A stretch of DNA of 64,000 nt from Felis catus (Eukaryota). A program made the position numbers and the translations under genes. The notes under the pieces are model-generated. The model searched no databases and was not told the origin of the DNA. It was given only the letters and a program-made list of their open reading frames with translations. The stretch covers positions 39,928,001-39,992,000 of the forward strand of contig NC_058383.1 of NCBI RefSeq assembly GCF_018350175.1. The letters run 5' to 3'. Positions within the stretch are counted from its first letter, which is position 1, and the number at the start of each line of letters is the position of its first letter. Shown one piece after another: positions 17,302-52,700 of this stretch.

Positions 17302-17850
17302 AAAAAAATTTTTCATTTACGTTTATTTATTAGTGAGAGACAGAGCGTGGGTGGGGGAGGGGCAGAGAGAGAAGGAGACACAGAATCCGAAGCAGCTCCA
17401 GGCTCTGAGCTGTCAGCACAGAGCCCGACACGGGGCTCGAACTCATGAAGCGTGACATCATAACCTGAGCCGAAGTCAGACGCTCAACTGACTGAGCCAC
17501 CCAGGCGCCCCTAAAGATTTTATTTTTAAGTAATGTCCACACCCAACATGGGGCTCAAACTCACAACCCTGAGGTCAAGAGTTGCACACTCTACCGACTG
17601 AGCCACCCAGGCATCCTGAGAACTGCCCCACTTTAAAAGTGAGAAGGGGCTCCTGGTGGCTCAGCAGTTAAGCATCCAACTTCGGCTCAGGTTGTGATCC
17701 GTTCGTGAGTTCGAGCCCGGCATCGGGCTCTGAGCGGGAGCCTGCTTCGGATTGTGTCTCCCTCTCTCTCTCTCTGCCCCTCCCCCACTCTCACTCTGTC
17801 TCTGTCTCTCTTTCTCAAAAATGAATAAATATTAACGAAATTTAAATAAA
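17302..17850. mobile_element. Cluster of three Can-SINEs: 17302-17511 (-) inserted in the tail of an older short SINE 17512-17615 (-), then 17647-17850 (+)
   Basis: TAAAGATTTTATTT is duplicated at 17288-17301 and 17512-17525. Heads and tails are readable. Confidence 0.88.
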
Positions 17851-19373
17851 AAGGAGAAAGCAAACTGGAGAGGCCCCCAAGCCCGCACCAGCCCAGCCTC
17901 AAGGGACCCTGGTTTCAGCCCTGCAGCTGCCCCGTGGGACAGGTGACTCCCTCGCTCTCTGCAGAGCTGTGGCCCCAGCAATCTGGGGCCCTCCGCTCAG
18001 ACTCAGCCAGGCACCTCCCCCTACACCACCTGTCCATGAGTCAAGGTCTGAGGAGGGGTTCTGGAACTGAACCCCCCCCCCCACCGGGTGGCCACGTGAA
18101 TGCCCCCTGAATCACTGGGCTCTGCTTCCTCTGGAACTTCCCCAGGGCACCACACCTTCAGGGAGAGCTGCGCCTTCTCTTCCTTCCCAGGCGCCTCGGG
18201 CTCCTTCTAGAGCTCTCGCTCAGTCCCACTGTGCTGTTAAGGAAGGAGAGAGAACATCTTTCTTTAGGGAAGACTGGTAATCTGAGCAGTACTTCTTCAG
18301 AGACAGCTGGGCCCCCCGCGTAAAAAGGCCACTCAGGGTGTTACTTGAGTGCCCCCCCCCACTTTGGGTGCTTATAACACCCCGGGGCCCAGGTAGCTCA
18401 CAGCAGCACCCCTATGAGTCCATAAACCCTAAACCACAGGGATTTGGCAAAGACAACATCGCCATGGGCTCTCACATCCACATTCAGGAAACTTCATGGG
18501 AGAGGGGATCCCAAGAGGGCACAGCGGCCTGGGGAAGGGCTTGCAGTCAGAGCTGACCTAGTGGCAGGGGCGGTGGGGGGTTCTGGTAAGTGAGTATTTG
18601 AGACAAGGGAAGCCATCCAGGATTTGGAGCAAGGCAGTCTGAATGGGGCCATCCCCATGGGGCCAGTGACAAAGTCCCCTGTGCATTTTGAAGCATGATC
18701 TGTCGAATCCCAGCTATGACCTGAGTCTGCCGTGTTTCTGGGTAAAGAGGACAAGACGACCCAGGTGTCCTCCTTATGTTGCGGAGGCCAGGGCCTGATA
18801 GGAAGCTGGGGCTGGTTTCTCTCTTCCCCACCTGGCCATCTATCCTCTACAAGGGCCACTGGTCCCGCAGCAGCACAAGTCCAGGCCCTTCATCTGATAG
18901 TGTTGGCCTTTAGGACCAGCCTGGCCCTGCTTGGCGACATGGATGCCCCCCACCTCAAGCAGGATCCCTTCATCCCCCATCGGTTCTCACCTCCCTATCA
19001 CTCAGCTCAGCACTTCTGCTGGCCTGGACCCCATCATCCACTCCACTCGGTCAAATGCACCCAGCCCAACCCTGCCTGCTCCTCTGGGCCGGTGTGTGCC
19101 AGCCTCCGTGCGCTGGGCCACAAACTGGGGGCCACCATGCCGCTCTTGTCCACCACCAGAAAGGGCAAAGCCCTAAGACGCTAATGACAAAACACCTCTT
19201 TCGAAAGAATGTTATTCTTAGAATTTCCAGAAGAGCATTGCACAGTCACCGTGGGGAAAATTTAAAACCCAGTTGGGGATTTCTTTCCTGTTAGTTTGGT
19301 TTTAGTTTTGATTTTGAGTTATTCGGGGGAGGGGCTCTGTTACCTTCTCAGCCTCAGAGCCTCTAACACACTT

Positions 19374-19584
19374 TTTAAAGTTGTTTGTTTGTTTTTTTAA
19401 TGTGTATTTATTTTTGAGAGAGAGAGCGCGAGCAGGGAAGGGGCAGAGAGGGAGGGAGACCCAGAATCCTAAGCAGGCTCCAGGCTCCGAGCACGGAACC
19501 GATGTGGGGCTCGAACTCACGAACCATGAGATCATAACCTGAACCGACTTCAGTCGCTTAACTGACTGAGCCACCCAGGCGCCC
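19374..19584 (-). mobile_element. Can-SINE with 13-bp TSD
   Basis: CTCTAACACACTT at 19361-19373 and 19585-19597. Confidence 0.92.
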
Positions 19585-20465
19585 CTCTAACACACTTGTT
19601 ACATCTTTTTCTTTTGAAAAGTTTCAAACCTAAAATACAAAAGTGGTAAGAGGAATACATTGCACCATCATAAGTGCTTGGCCTAGACTGACCGAGTCAA
19701 CATTCTGTCACATTTTGTCCTCCCTGTCGGTGGCCACCTGTCATTATGATGACCAGGCCATCCACCTGTATAGGTGGTGTGTCTCGAGAACAAGGACCTT
19801 CCCTGCGGTGGCTCCAAGACAATGCTCAGCCTTGAGCGCTGAACCAGACTATCCTACCACCCAGCGCAGGGGCCATCGGGAGCCTCAGTCTGCCCGGTGG
19901 GGTCAATCCCGTGTCACACAGGGCGGTCCCAGCCCTTTGTGGAACAGAGCTGCCCAGCAGTTTAGCAGATGTCCCCCAGTCTGCGTGTGCGTGATTCCCC
20001 ACCGTGATTCTGCAGCAATGCCACAGGGGCCACGAGTCTCACGGGCGCCGGCGACCGCTCACTCCCCGGCAACCCGGCGGCCACGTGTCCACCCGTCCTT
20101 CCGCGCTACTGGTCGGCGGCCACCTGCCCTCCTCCCCTTTCCTCCGGTCTCGTCCGCGCGGACGCCGGCCCTCCCCTCCATTCCTGCCGTGACCCGTTCT
20201 CGGAAGCCGGACTCCGGTCGGTCACCCAAGCGCCCGAGCGGGCGGCGCCCCTCTCGTCGACCCCGGCTGCCGCGGAGCCCCCACCACCCAGGACGGCGCC
20301 GGGCGCGGGACTACAACTCCCAGAAGGCCCCGCGCGCGCGCCCCTGCGCGGCCGCCGTCGCGCATCACGTGGGGCTGGCCTCGCCGGTCACGTGGCCGCG
20401 GCGCGGGTCACGAGAACAAACACTCGGCCGCCGCGCTTCCCGGGCCGGTTCGGCCGCTGCTGGCC

Positions 20466-44470
<24,005 letters not shown>

Positions 44471-45857
44471 GGCCTCAGCCCTTCTCTGGGGCCCCCCCCT
44501 ACTCCCTGGATCAGCACTGGATCCAGCATCCCCTACTCCTCGGGACGTGTGTGTCTGTGTTTGTGCGCCTGTGAGACCGTGAGCGAGCGGCACCCCGTGG
44601 GTCCCAGTGGTGCCAGCCCGTGGGCAGGGCCCTCTGCTGCTTGTGTGCCGTCTGTCCCGCTGCGGGCCGGCCTGGAAGGACCACACTGACTGTGCATCAC
44701 CAGCTGGGGCCCGGGTGACGCACAGCTGCTGCAGAGATCGTGGCCTTGTCCCTTTGGCTCATTTTGTGGCCGTGAGGTGACGGGCCTGGGCACTGGACCC
44801 TGCCTGGCAAAGGCTCCAGCTGGACACCTGGGGGTGGGGCCCTGGGGAGCGGCCTCTGCAGCCAGCTCTGTAGGGAGTTAGGCTCTTTTGCCAGACTCAC
44901 CACACGGCCTCTCTGGGGTCTTGGCCAGAGAGAAAGCTGAAAACATCGATGGGTGAACACCTCCGTCACCCCGAGCTGTGGTCCAGACCAGACCCACAGC
45001 TGTCGCCAGAGTGCACGGCACTGAGAGAGCTGCTATCTAAGCACGTGGGGGCTCCCACTGGCCTCTGAGGACCCTTGGTCCGGGGCCGTGTTCCAGGACA
45101 GCTCCAGTTCCAGTCCTGGGGCAGGTGGGCTCTGGGATGGGCAGGTGGGCTCTGGGATGGGCTGGTGAGCCCAGAGCAAGAATGCTGTGCCTCTGTTAGG
45201 CTAGATGGGCCTGAATCCGGTGTCCTGTGTCCCCAGAGCCCTAGGAAACCTTTTCTGAAGGTGATTCCCTGGCCTACTTTTGAGACTAGGTGGTGTGGGT
45301 GCCATTGTAGCAGCTGGGGGTGGGGTGGGGGACGGTTCGCCTTGGTTCTGGCCCTTAAAGGAAGTGGGTCCTCAAAACGCTGGTCCCTTCTTGGTGGGAG
45401 CCCCCCTGGGGGACGCGGTGAGAGGAGCAGGGGCTTTGAAAGGGAGAAATAAAGGAATCGTACCCTCACACTTGCAGCTTGGCTCCCTTGTTCCTGCTCA
45501 GCACCAGCCACAGTCTAGCAGTGGGGGATTTGCAGGACCGCTGAGGGTGGGGGTGTCTAGGACGGGGCGTCTTGGATGCGCATGTGGGGACCCCACAGGG
45601 AGGCGGGGAAGGCAAGAGACACAGAAACCCACGGGTGAGGAAGCAGTTGTGGCCGACACACGCCCATGGGATGTACTGGCACCAGCTGCCAGACAGCTTC
45701 AGGGCCAGTCTGGGCGGTTTGCTGCCCCTGGGCCCTTGGTCTGGATGCTGCTCTGGGCCACGAGGGGGGTGATGTGGCCACAGGCAGGGCCTTGAAAGGG
45801 CCCCGGACCATGGGTTGACTTCGGAGTGTCCACCTTGTGCCCTCTGTGGGTGGGCTT

Positions 45858-46092
45858 GGGCGACCGGGCAGGGGGAGCACCGTGCCGGGCTGGGAGGACC
45901 TGGCGTGGGAGAGTGTGGACGACCGGGCAGGGGGAGCACAGAACTGGGCTTGGAGCACCTGGTGTGGGAGACTGTGGGCGACCGGGCAGGGGGAGCACAG
46001 AACTGGGCTTGGAGCACCTGGTGTGGGAGACTGGGCGACCGGGCAGGGGGAGCACCGCGTCGGGCTGGGAGGACCCGGCGTGGGGGAGAGTG
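45858..46092 (+). repeat. ~59-bp minisatellite, 4 copies, in the CLCN7 3' UTR
   Basis: Units start at 45858, 45917, 45976 and 46033, each beginning GG(G/A)CGACCGGGCAGGGGGAGCAC. Confidence 0.92.
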
Positions 46093-46145
46093 CATGTCGT
46101 GGTTTGCGTTGATGACATGAACCTGCCGCACATTCGTCACGTGGG

Positions 46146-46155
46146 ATTAAATAAA
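46146..46155 (+). terminator. Probable CLCN7 polyadenylation signal (overlapping ATTAAA/AATAAA); proximal AATAAA at 45447-45452
   Basis: ATTAAATAAA lies about 1.7 kb after the stop codon, followed by a T/GT-rich stretch (TCTGTTTGCTTTCTT). Confidence 0.75.
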
Positions 46156-46726
46156 ATGCACCAAGGAAACGCTGCAGCCGCCTCTGTTTGCTTTCTTACT
46201 GTGGCCACGAGGATCCTGGAGCCCGCGCGCACCCTGCGCCTGCGGCCCGCACCCTCTCCTGCTCCGGCTGCGTGCCTCTGCCCGTTCTATCTGTCCCGAA
46301 CAACCCCTTCTCTGACGGGCTGGCCAGAGAATGCCCCTGCCTGTCCCTCCCACCTGGGACCCGTTGGGGTCCCTGCTCCTGACCCACAGGCCAGCAGCCA
46401 CTCCCTGCCCTGGCCCTGGCAGGCTGAATGGTGCCCTCTCGGGTCTTTCTGGGAACAGGCAGTTGGGAAGGCCTTGCCGGGAGAGTTGAGGGCCCGGGTT
46501 CCACTGGCAGTTGGGCCGTGACGTGCGAAGGTTCTGGTGACGAAAAGACGGTTCCAGAAGAGCCCCTGCTGCCGTGCGGCTCTGTCTACCTTGCTGTTGG
46601 ATCGGAAGGAGAGACGCGAGGGTGGGTGCCCCCTGAGGCCTTCCCTGCCTCCGTCCAGCCGCCCTGGTGCCAGGCCCGGGGCCTCGGCAGCGGCTGAGGC
46701 CACGGACGGTGGTTGCCGGGGAAGCC

Positions 46727-49700
46727 GTGTCGGGTGAGCCTGGTACCAACGGGGGCCGAGCCAGGAGGGCAGGAGTGTGGGCCACCCGGGACGGCACTAA
46801 TTCCTTGACCCCTCAGGTCGCCTCGCTGCCCGGGGGCTCCCTCTGGAACTGGGCAGGCAGAGCACTGCCCCGTTTCTGCTGCCTAGTGCCGTGTGTCCTC
46901 AGGCTCCGGTCTCTCTGGGGCAGCGCGAGCCGAGCCCAGCCGGGGCTGCGCTGGGTGACTCAGCCGGACGGGTGGAGGTGAGCGCAGTGGACACTGAGCT
47001 CAGCGGACAGGGATTTGAGTCCCTGTTACCCTGAGCTCCACCTGGGGGCCTTCGCCGGCCCAGAGGTCGCCTTCTCACAGAGCTGGCCGCTAGCCACCCC
47101 TTATCCGGGGCTTCGCCCCCCTCCCAGGCGAGCACCATCACCCTGGGGGACCTGGGGCTCTCCCTGGAGGAGGAGCTGGCCAGCCCCGGGCTCTTGAGTC
47201 CGGAGGAGATCTCCGAGAGGTATGAGTCCTGCCACCTGGCGTCTGCCACGTCCGTCCCCGAGCAGGATCCCCCTAAGCCCTGGAAGCAGCTGGAGCAGCG
47301 GTGAGCCCGTGTGGAGCCGGGGAGGGAGAGCCACGCTGCCTACCGCCCCCACCCCCCGGCACACGCGGCCCGACTCAGCCTGCTCCTCGCCCTGGCCAGG
47401 GTGGCCGACCTGCAGGCCGAGGTGGTGTCCCTGCGGGAACACAGGGACCGCTGTGAGCCGGCCATGCTGAGCCTGCTCCGGGAAATGCTCCGGCTGCGGG
47501 CCTGCGTGCAACTCCAGGACTCGGAGCTGAAGAAGCTTCAGCAGGACCTACGGCGGGTGGCCCGGGCCCCCGAGAAGGAGGCCCTCGAGGTCAGCTGCCC
47601 GCCGTCCCCACCCACGGGCGGGGCTCCCCGGCCCCTGTGGGTGCCGGCCGTGCTGTGAGGCTCAGCCTGCCCTCCCTCCTTCCAGTTTCCTAGCCCCCAG
47701 AACCAGACCCAGATGCAGGCCCTGGACAGGAGGTACCCCACACCGATGGCCTGGGCCCCAGCGGGGAGGTCAGGGGCTTTGGGAAAGCGGCGGCTGGGGC
47801 GGGAACCTGGGGTTCTGGTCGCCTCGCTCTGGTAAGCAGCGTGTGTCCACGGCCCAGCCCGAGAAGTCTGGGTTTGCATGGGCCGTGGCACCTGCAGAGG
47901 AAAGGGCGGGAGACCCGTTGCCGGGGCCCCTGGGCCGGGACCTGAACCCCAAAGGCGGCCAGGAGGGCGGGCCAGGCAGGCCCCAGGCAGAAGTGGCTCT
48001 TGCGTGCCAGGCTGGTGGAGGTCCGGGAAGCCCTGACACAGGTCCGGAGGAAGCAGGCGCTCCAGGACTCTGAGCGGAAGGACACCGAGCAGGAGGCCAG
48101 CCTCAGGTGGGCCCCGCCTGCCTCCCTCCTTGGGGGCCGACTCTGAACTTCCCACGTGTGGTCACGTGGGTAGGAGGCACCGAGGCAGGGAAGGCGTCCC
48201 CTGGCCCTTGGTGCCACGCTGCTGGTCGACAGGGTGGAGGGCTCGGACCCCCCCTGGACCCTCTGTGGGGAAAAGAGAGTTAGGTCCAGAATCCCTACCG
48301 CTCTCTTCCCCACCAGTCACACTCATTCAAGCCGCTGTCACGTCCCCACATGGGTATGCGGAAGTCAGCGGCTTATCCTTGTCTGTGTTTGCCCAGGTGG
48401 CCTGTAGGTCAGCCTGGGCCCCCCGGATGCAGGCCTGGCCTCGAGAGGGACTCTGAGTGTCCGGAGGCCCCGAAAAGTTCACGGTAGCCCCACAGCCAGG
48501 CCCTCTGGCCGGCCGGGCTGCCGTGACCCTCGCCGTTGCCCTAGGTTGGCCGAGCTGGCCGGGAGGCTGGAGCAGGAGGAACAGTCCCGGGAAGCGGCCT
48601 GCAGAGGTCTGCAGAAGAGCCAGGAGGAGGCGAGCCAGAGGGCAGACCTTGAGGTGGCCAAGACGCAGGTACCAGGAGGGAGGCCGGGCCTGGGCAGCCA
48701 GGCGAGCCGCCACCAGGAGGGTCCGTCAGAAGAGACCACTGCACCAGTAGCCCGTGTCCTCCCCGCCCACGTGACCAGGCCCACGTGGTCCCCCCACGGT
48801 CCTGCCCCGTCCGGTAGGTGGCCACCAGCCACAGGTGGCTTCGTCCGTGGAAATGAGCTAACATTTTAGGTCCCTCGGTCACGTGAGCCACTTTCCGGAT
48901 GCCCAGTAGCCGCACGTGGCCCACGTCTGCCGATTTGGGAAGCGCTGAGACCGAGCTCATCCTTCTGCACAGATGACACCTCGGTGGCCCTGTCTTAGCC
49001 CCCGCCCCTCACCCCCTTCCTGTGACCAGCACCCAAATCAGGACATAGGACGTCGTAGCCCTGAAGCCCCTTCCTCGGCCATCTCCCGGCGTGGTCCCAG
49101 CCCTGGGCTGGTCAGGTGCCCCTGCTGCGTGAGACCCTGGGAGGCAGGGCAGGGCACAGGAGGCACGTCTCCAGACCCAGCCTCTTCAGCTCTGCAAACA
49201 GAGACCAGGGCCTGCGCGGGCCAAGTGCTCCCAGCTGCTGCCCACATAGCTCGGCTGCCCAGCTTCGGTGGCCTCCCTTCCTCTGCCCTTCGGGAAGGTG
49301 GCGTCTTGGCTGCATCGAGACCCTGCCCACCGCTGCGGCTGGGAGCTCCGGGAGGCACTCACTGGCCCTCGGATTCCTGACGTGCCAGGCGGGTTCCGAG
49401 CGCCCGCGTCTTCCCCAAGCGCTCTCGGGTGCCCGGTCAGCAACCTGTGGCCTCCGCCTGGTTCTGCAAAGCCCACTCATTTACTGTCCGCTTCTGCTTT
49501 TGCGCTGTAACCGCAGAGCAGACAGACTGAGGCACAGACCCTTGGGCTCTCACAGAGACCGTGTGCTGACCTGCTCCAGAGCGCCCCGTGTGCAGGGGCA
49601 AGGCTGGCGGGGCCCAGGGCACAGCTGCCTGCGGGGAGGAGGGGGCAGGAGCCCGGAGCTCAAGGGCGAAGTGCGTGTGTGGTCTATGCACGCACGTCCC

Positions 49701-52700
49701 AGTGTGCGCACATGCGTGTGGATGTGTGCGAACGTGGAGCACTCTCGTACTTACTCGGCTTCCCGCACGGAGGCTCCCGGCTCAGGATGCGATTCCCTGG
49801 GTGTGGCATCTGGTGGTCACCACGAGCACCAAGTGTGTTCCGGACCCTGTAGACCCTTCACAGGCCCTGGTGGCTGGCGCTCTGGGGAGAACACGTGGCC
49901 CCCGCCCGCCCCGCTGGCCTTCCTCAGGAGGGTGCGGTAGGCCCAGCTCTGCGAGGCTCGGGGGCAGTGGGGGACACAGGACCCGGAGCCCCCTCTGTGA
50001 TGGGCCCGGTTGGGCAAGAAAGCAAACAAGTCTGAGATGGCAGGGGGGCCCCGGGTGGACGTGGCGAGGAGGGAGGTCCGACCCCATGGCGGCCGCGCTG
50101 ACCCCCCGCAGGCCCAGGTGACCAAGCTCGGGGAGGAGATGAGCCTCCGCTTCCTCAAGAGAGAGGCCAAGCTGTGCGGCTTCCTGCAGAAGAGCTTCCT
50201 GGCCCTGGAGAAGGTGGGAGCCCGCGGGCCTGCGGCCGGGCCGGGCCCCCCACAGCCCCACTCACGGCAGGCGGGGGCGGGTCTCCCCACAGAGGATGAA
50301 GGTCTCGGAGAGCGCCCGGCTCAAGGCGGAGGGCAGCCTGCGGGAGGAGCTGGACAGCAGGTGGCGGGGGCTGCAAGAGCTGGCCGAGGAGCGCGTCCGG
50401 GCCCTGCAGGGGCAGCACGAGGTGCGCAGTCGGGGGGCAGGGGCTGGGGGTGGCCGGGCCGGGCCGGCCGGCGCCTGGGCTCAGGGCCACTTGCGCACAG
50501 CAGCAGGAAGCATGCCGCCTCCTGGAGCAGTGCCGGGGCCTGGACAGGGCCGTGGTCCAGCTGACCAAGTTCGTACGGCAGAACCAGGTGTCCCTGAGCC
50601 GCATCCTCCTGGCCGAGCAGAAGGCCCGGTGGGTGTCCCAACCCCTTCCTCCTCCCCCCGCCCCCGCTGATGGGGGCTCCCGTCCCCCCCACGGAGGACT
50701 CAGCGTGCCCCACCATACACAGCCCCCGTCCTGGTGGGCCCTGTGACCCTTCTCTGCTCCCCGGGTCTCCCGGATGGTTCTGGAGCCCGCCGCCAGGCCC
50801 CCGCCTTGACCCAGCGCCTCGGCGGGCAGGCAGCCTCGGCTGAGGGGCGGTCTGTCTGGGCACCGACCCCCAGGGACGTCAAGGGGCACCTGGAGGAGAG
50901 CCGGGCGGGGGAGCTGGCCACCTGCCTGCGGGAGGACCTGAAAGCCGTGCAGCTGGCCGGGGAGCTGGCCCAGCGGGAGGTGCACAGCGCGCTGGACCTG
51001 GTGAGGGCCGCGGGGTCCGGGTCGGTCTCCCCGTGGGGCCCCCGCCTCCCCAGGTGCCTGCACTCAGCCCAGCGCCCCGCAGCAACGAGAGAAGAGCCAG
51101 GCCCTGGAGGTGTCGCTGGCCGAGCTGGAGACGCAGGTGAAGGACCTGAGTGACCACTTCCTGGCTCTGAGCTGGAGACTGGACCTGCAGGAGCAGACAC
51201 TGAGCCTTCGGCTGAGCGAGGTGAGCGCGGGGCCGAGCGGAGCACGGAGCAGGAGCAGGGGGGAGCACCGAGCAGGAGCAGAGGGGAGCACAGAGCAGAG
51301 GAGAGCGCGGAGCAGAGGAGAGCGCAGAGCAGAGGCAGAGGGGAGAGCGGAGCAGGAGCAGGGGGGAGCACGGAGCAGGAGCAGGGGGGAGCACGGAGCA
51401 GAGGGGGGTCACCTGCACCCCACACCCAGCCCCAGCCATCTCCAGTGCCCGAGCAAGCAGGCCTGACAGGCGGTCCCAAACCTCCCGCCCCTGCCCAGCT
51501 GCTGTCCACTAGGCCCATGGTGGCCCCGACCACAAAGCGGATTTCAGAGGGGCCGGCAAGGTGGCCTGGCCCTTGGGTTTTTTCCTCTTTCTAGTAACAG
51601 TGTCGTTGACCTTTAATTCCCACGCCCTAGCGTCCACTCTTGGAAAGGGTGGGGATCGCGGCTGCTCGTGTATTCAGGGTTGGACAACCACCACGTAACT
51701 CGTAGATCCTTCCTGTCACCACAGAGGAAGCCCTGGTGTGGCTAGTGGTCACTCCCTACCCCGAGGCCCCTGGCGACCGCTGATCTGAAGCCCGCCTCTG
51801 CGGATTTGCTTGTTCTGGACGTTTCCTATAAATGCTCCCACACAGTGTGTGACCAGCTTATCTTTTCTTCCGCTGATGGACACTGCACCGCCCCCTGGTC
51901 TGGCCACGGAAGGCGCTGCTGTGAATACACGTCCACCCTTCCACTATGGGGCGGGGCCCCCCAAGCCTCCCAAGGCCACATGACCACCCTTCTGCTATGG
52001 GGCGGGGCCCCCCCCAGGCCTCCCGAGACCCCTCCCCTGCAGGTGTGGGCAGGCTGCCCGTTGTGCCCTTGCTGACTGACTCCTGATGGGCTCGGGGCCA
52101 AGCCAGGCCTCCTTCTTCCGGATATGGCTCTGCCCAGCCTGGGGGCCCTGCCCGGGGTCCCCGGGTCCCTGGAGAGTGGCTGTGTGCTGACTGGGTGGAC
52201 GAGCTCAGAGTCGGCCCCCTCCGGAGCTCTCCGCTGCCTGGGTTCAACTGTGGCGCCAGTGGGCCCCGTCCATCCATCTGTCCCCCCTCCCTGTCCCCGC
52301 CGTGTCCTAGGCAAAGAGAGAGTGGGAAGGCTCAGAGCAGAAATCCCTGGAGGGCCTGGTCCGCTGTCAGAAGGAGGCTGAGGCGCACCTGAGGGAGGTG
52401 CGGGAGCGAGTGGACAGCCTGCCGCGGCAGGTGGGTGAGGGCCGGGCGCCCCGCCTCCCCCCACCCCCACCCTGCTGTGCCGCCCCGGCTGCCCGCTTAC
52501 CTTGCCTCTGCTGCAGATAGAGGCCGTGTCCGACAAGTGCGTCCTCCACAAGAGCGACTCAGACCTCAAGATCTCGGCCGAGGGCAAGGCCAGGTGAGGC
52601 TCCAGCTCCTGGCCTCAGAACGGCCCTGCTGCGTCCACAAGTCTCCTACTCCCGCAGCCCCCCGCACCTCCCCAGCTCTGCGCTTGGCCCCACCGGGTGC

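Noticed and set aside
18200-19200. Possible processed pseudogene or LTR between PTX4 and CLCN7
   Set aside because: No recognisable protein, poly(A) tail or TSD. I could not assign it without a Dfam or BLAST search.
45858-46092. Regular repeat array as a possible CRISPR-like structure
   Set aside because: Eukaryotic intron/exon context, and the 'spacers' are themselves repeated variants, so this is a minisatellite.
50155-51533. 302-aa and 277-aa antisense ORFs
   Set aside because: They are shadows of CCDC154 codon bias and of the intron 11 tandem repeat.
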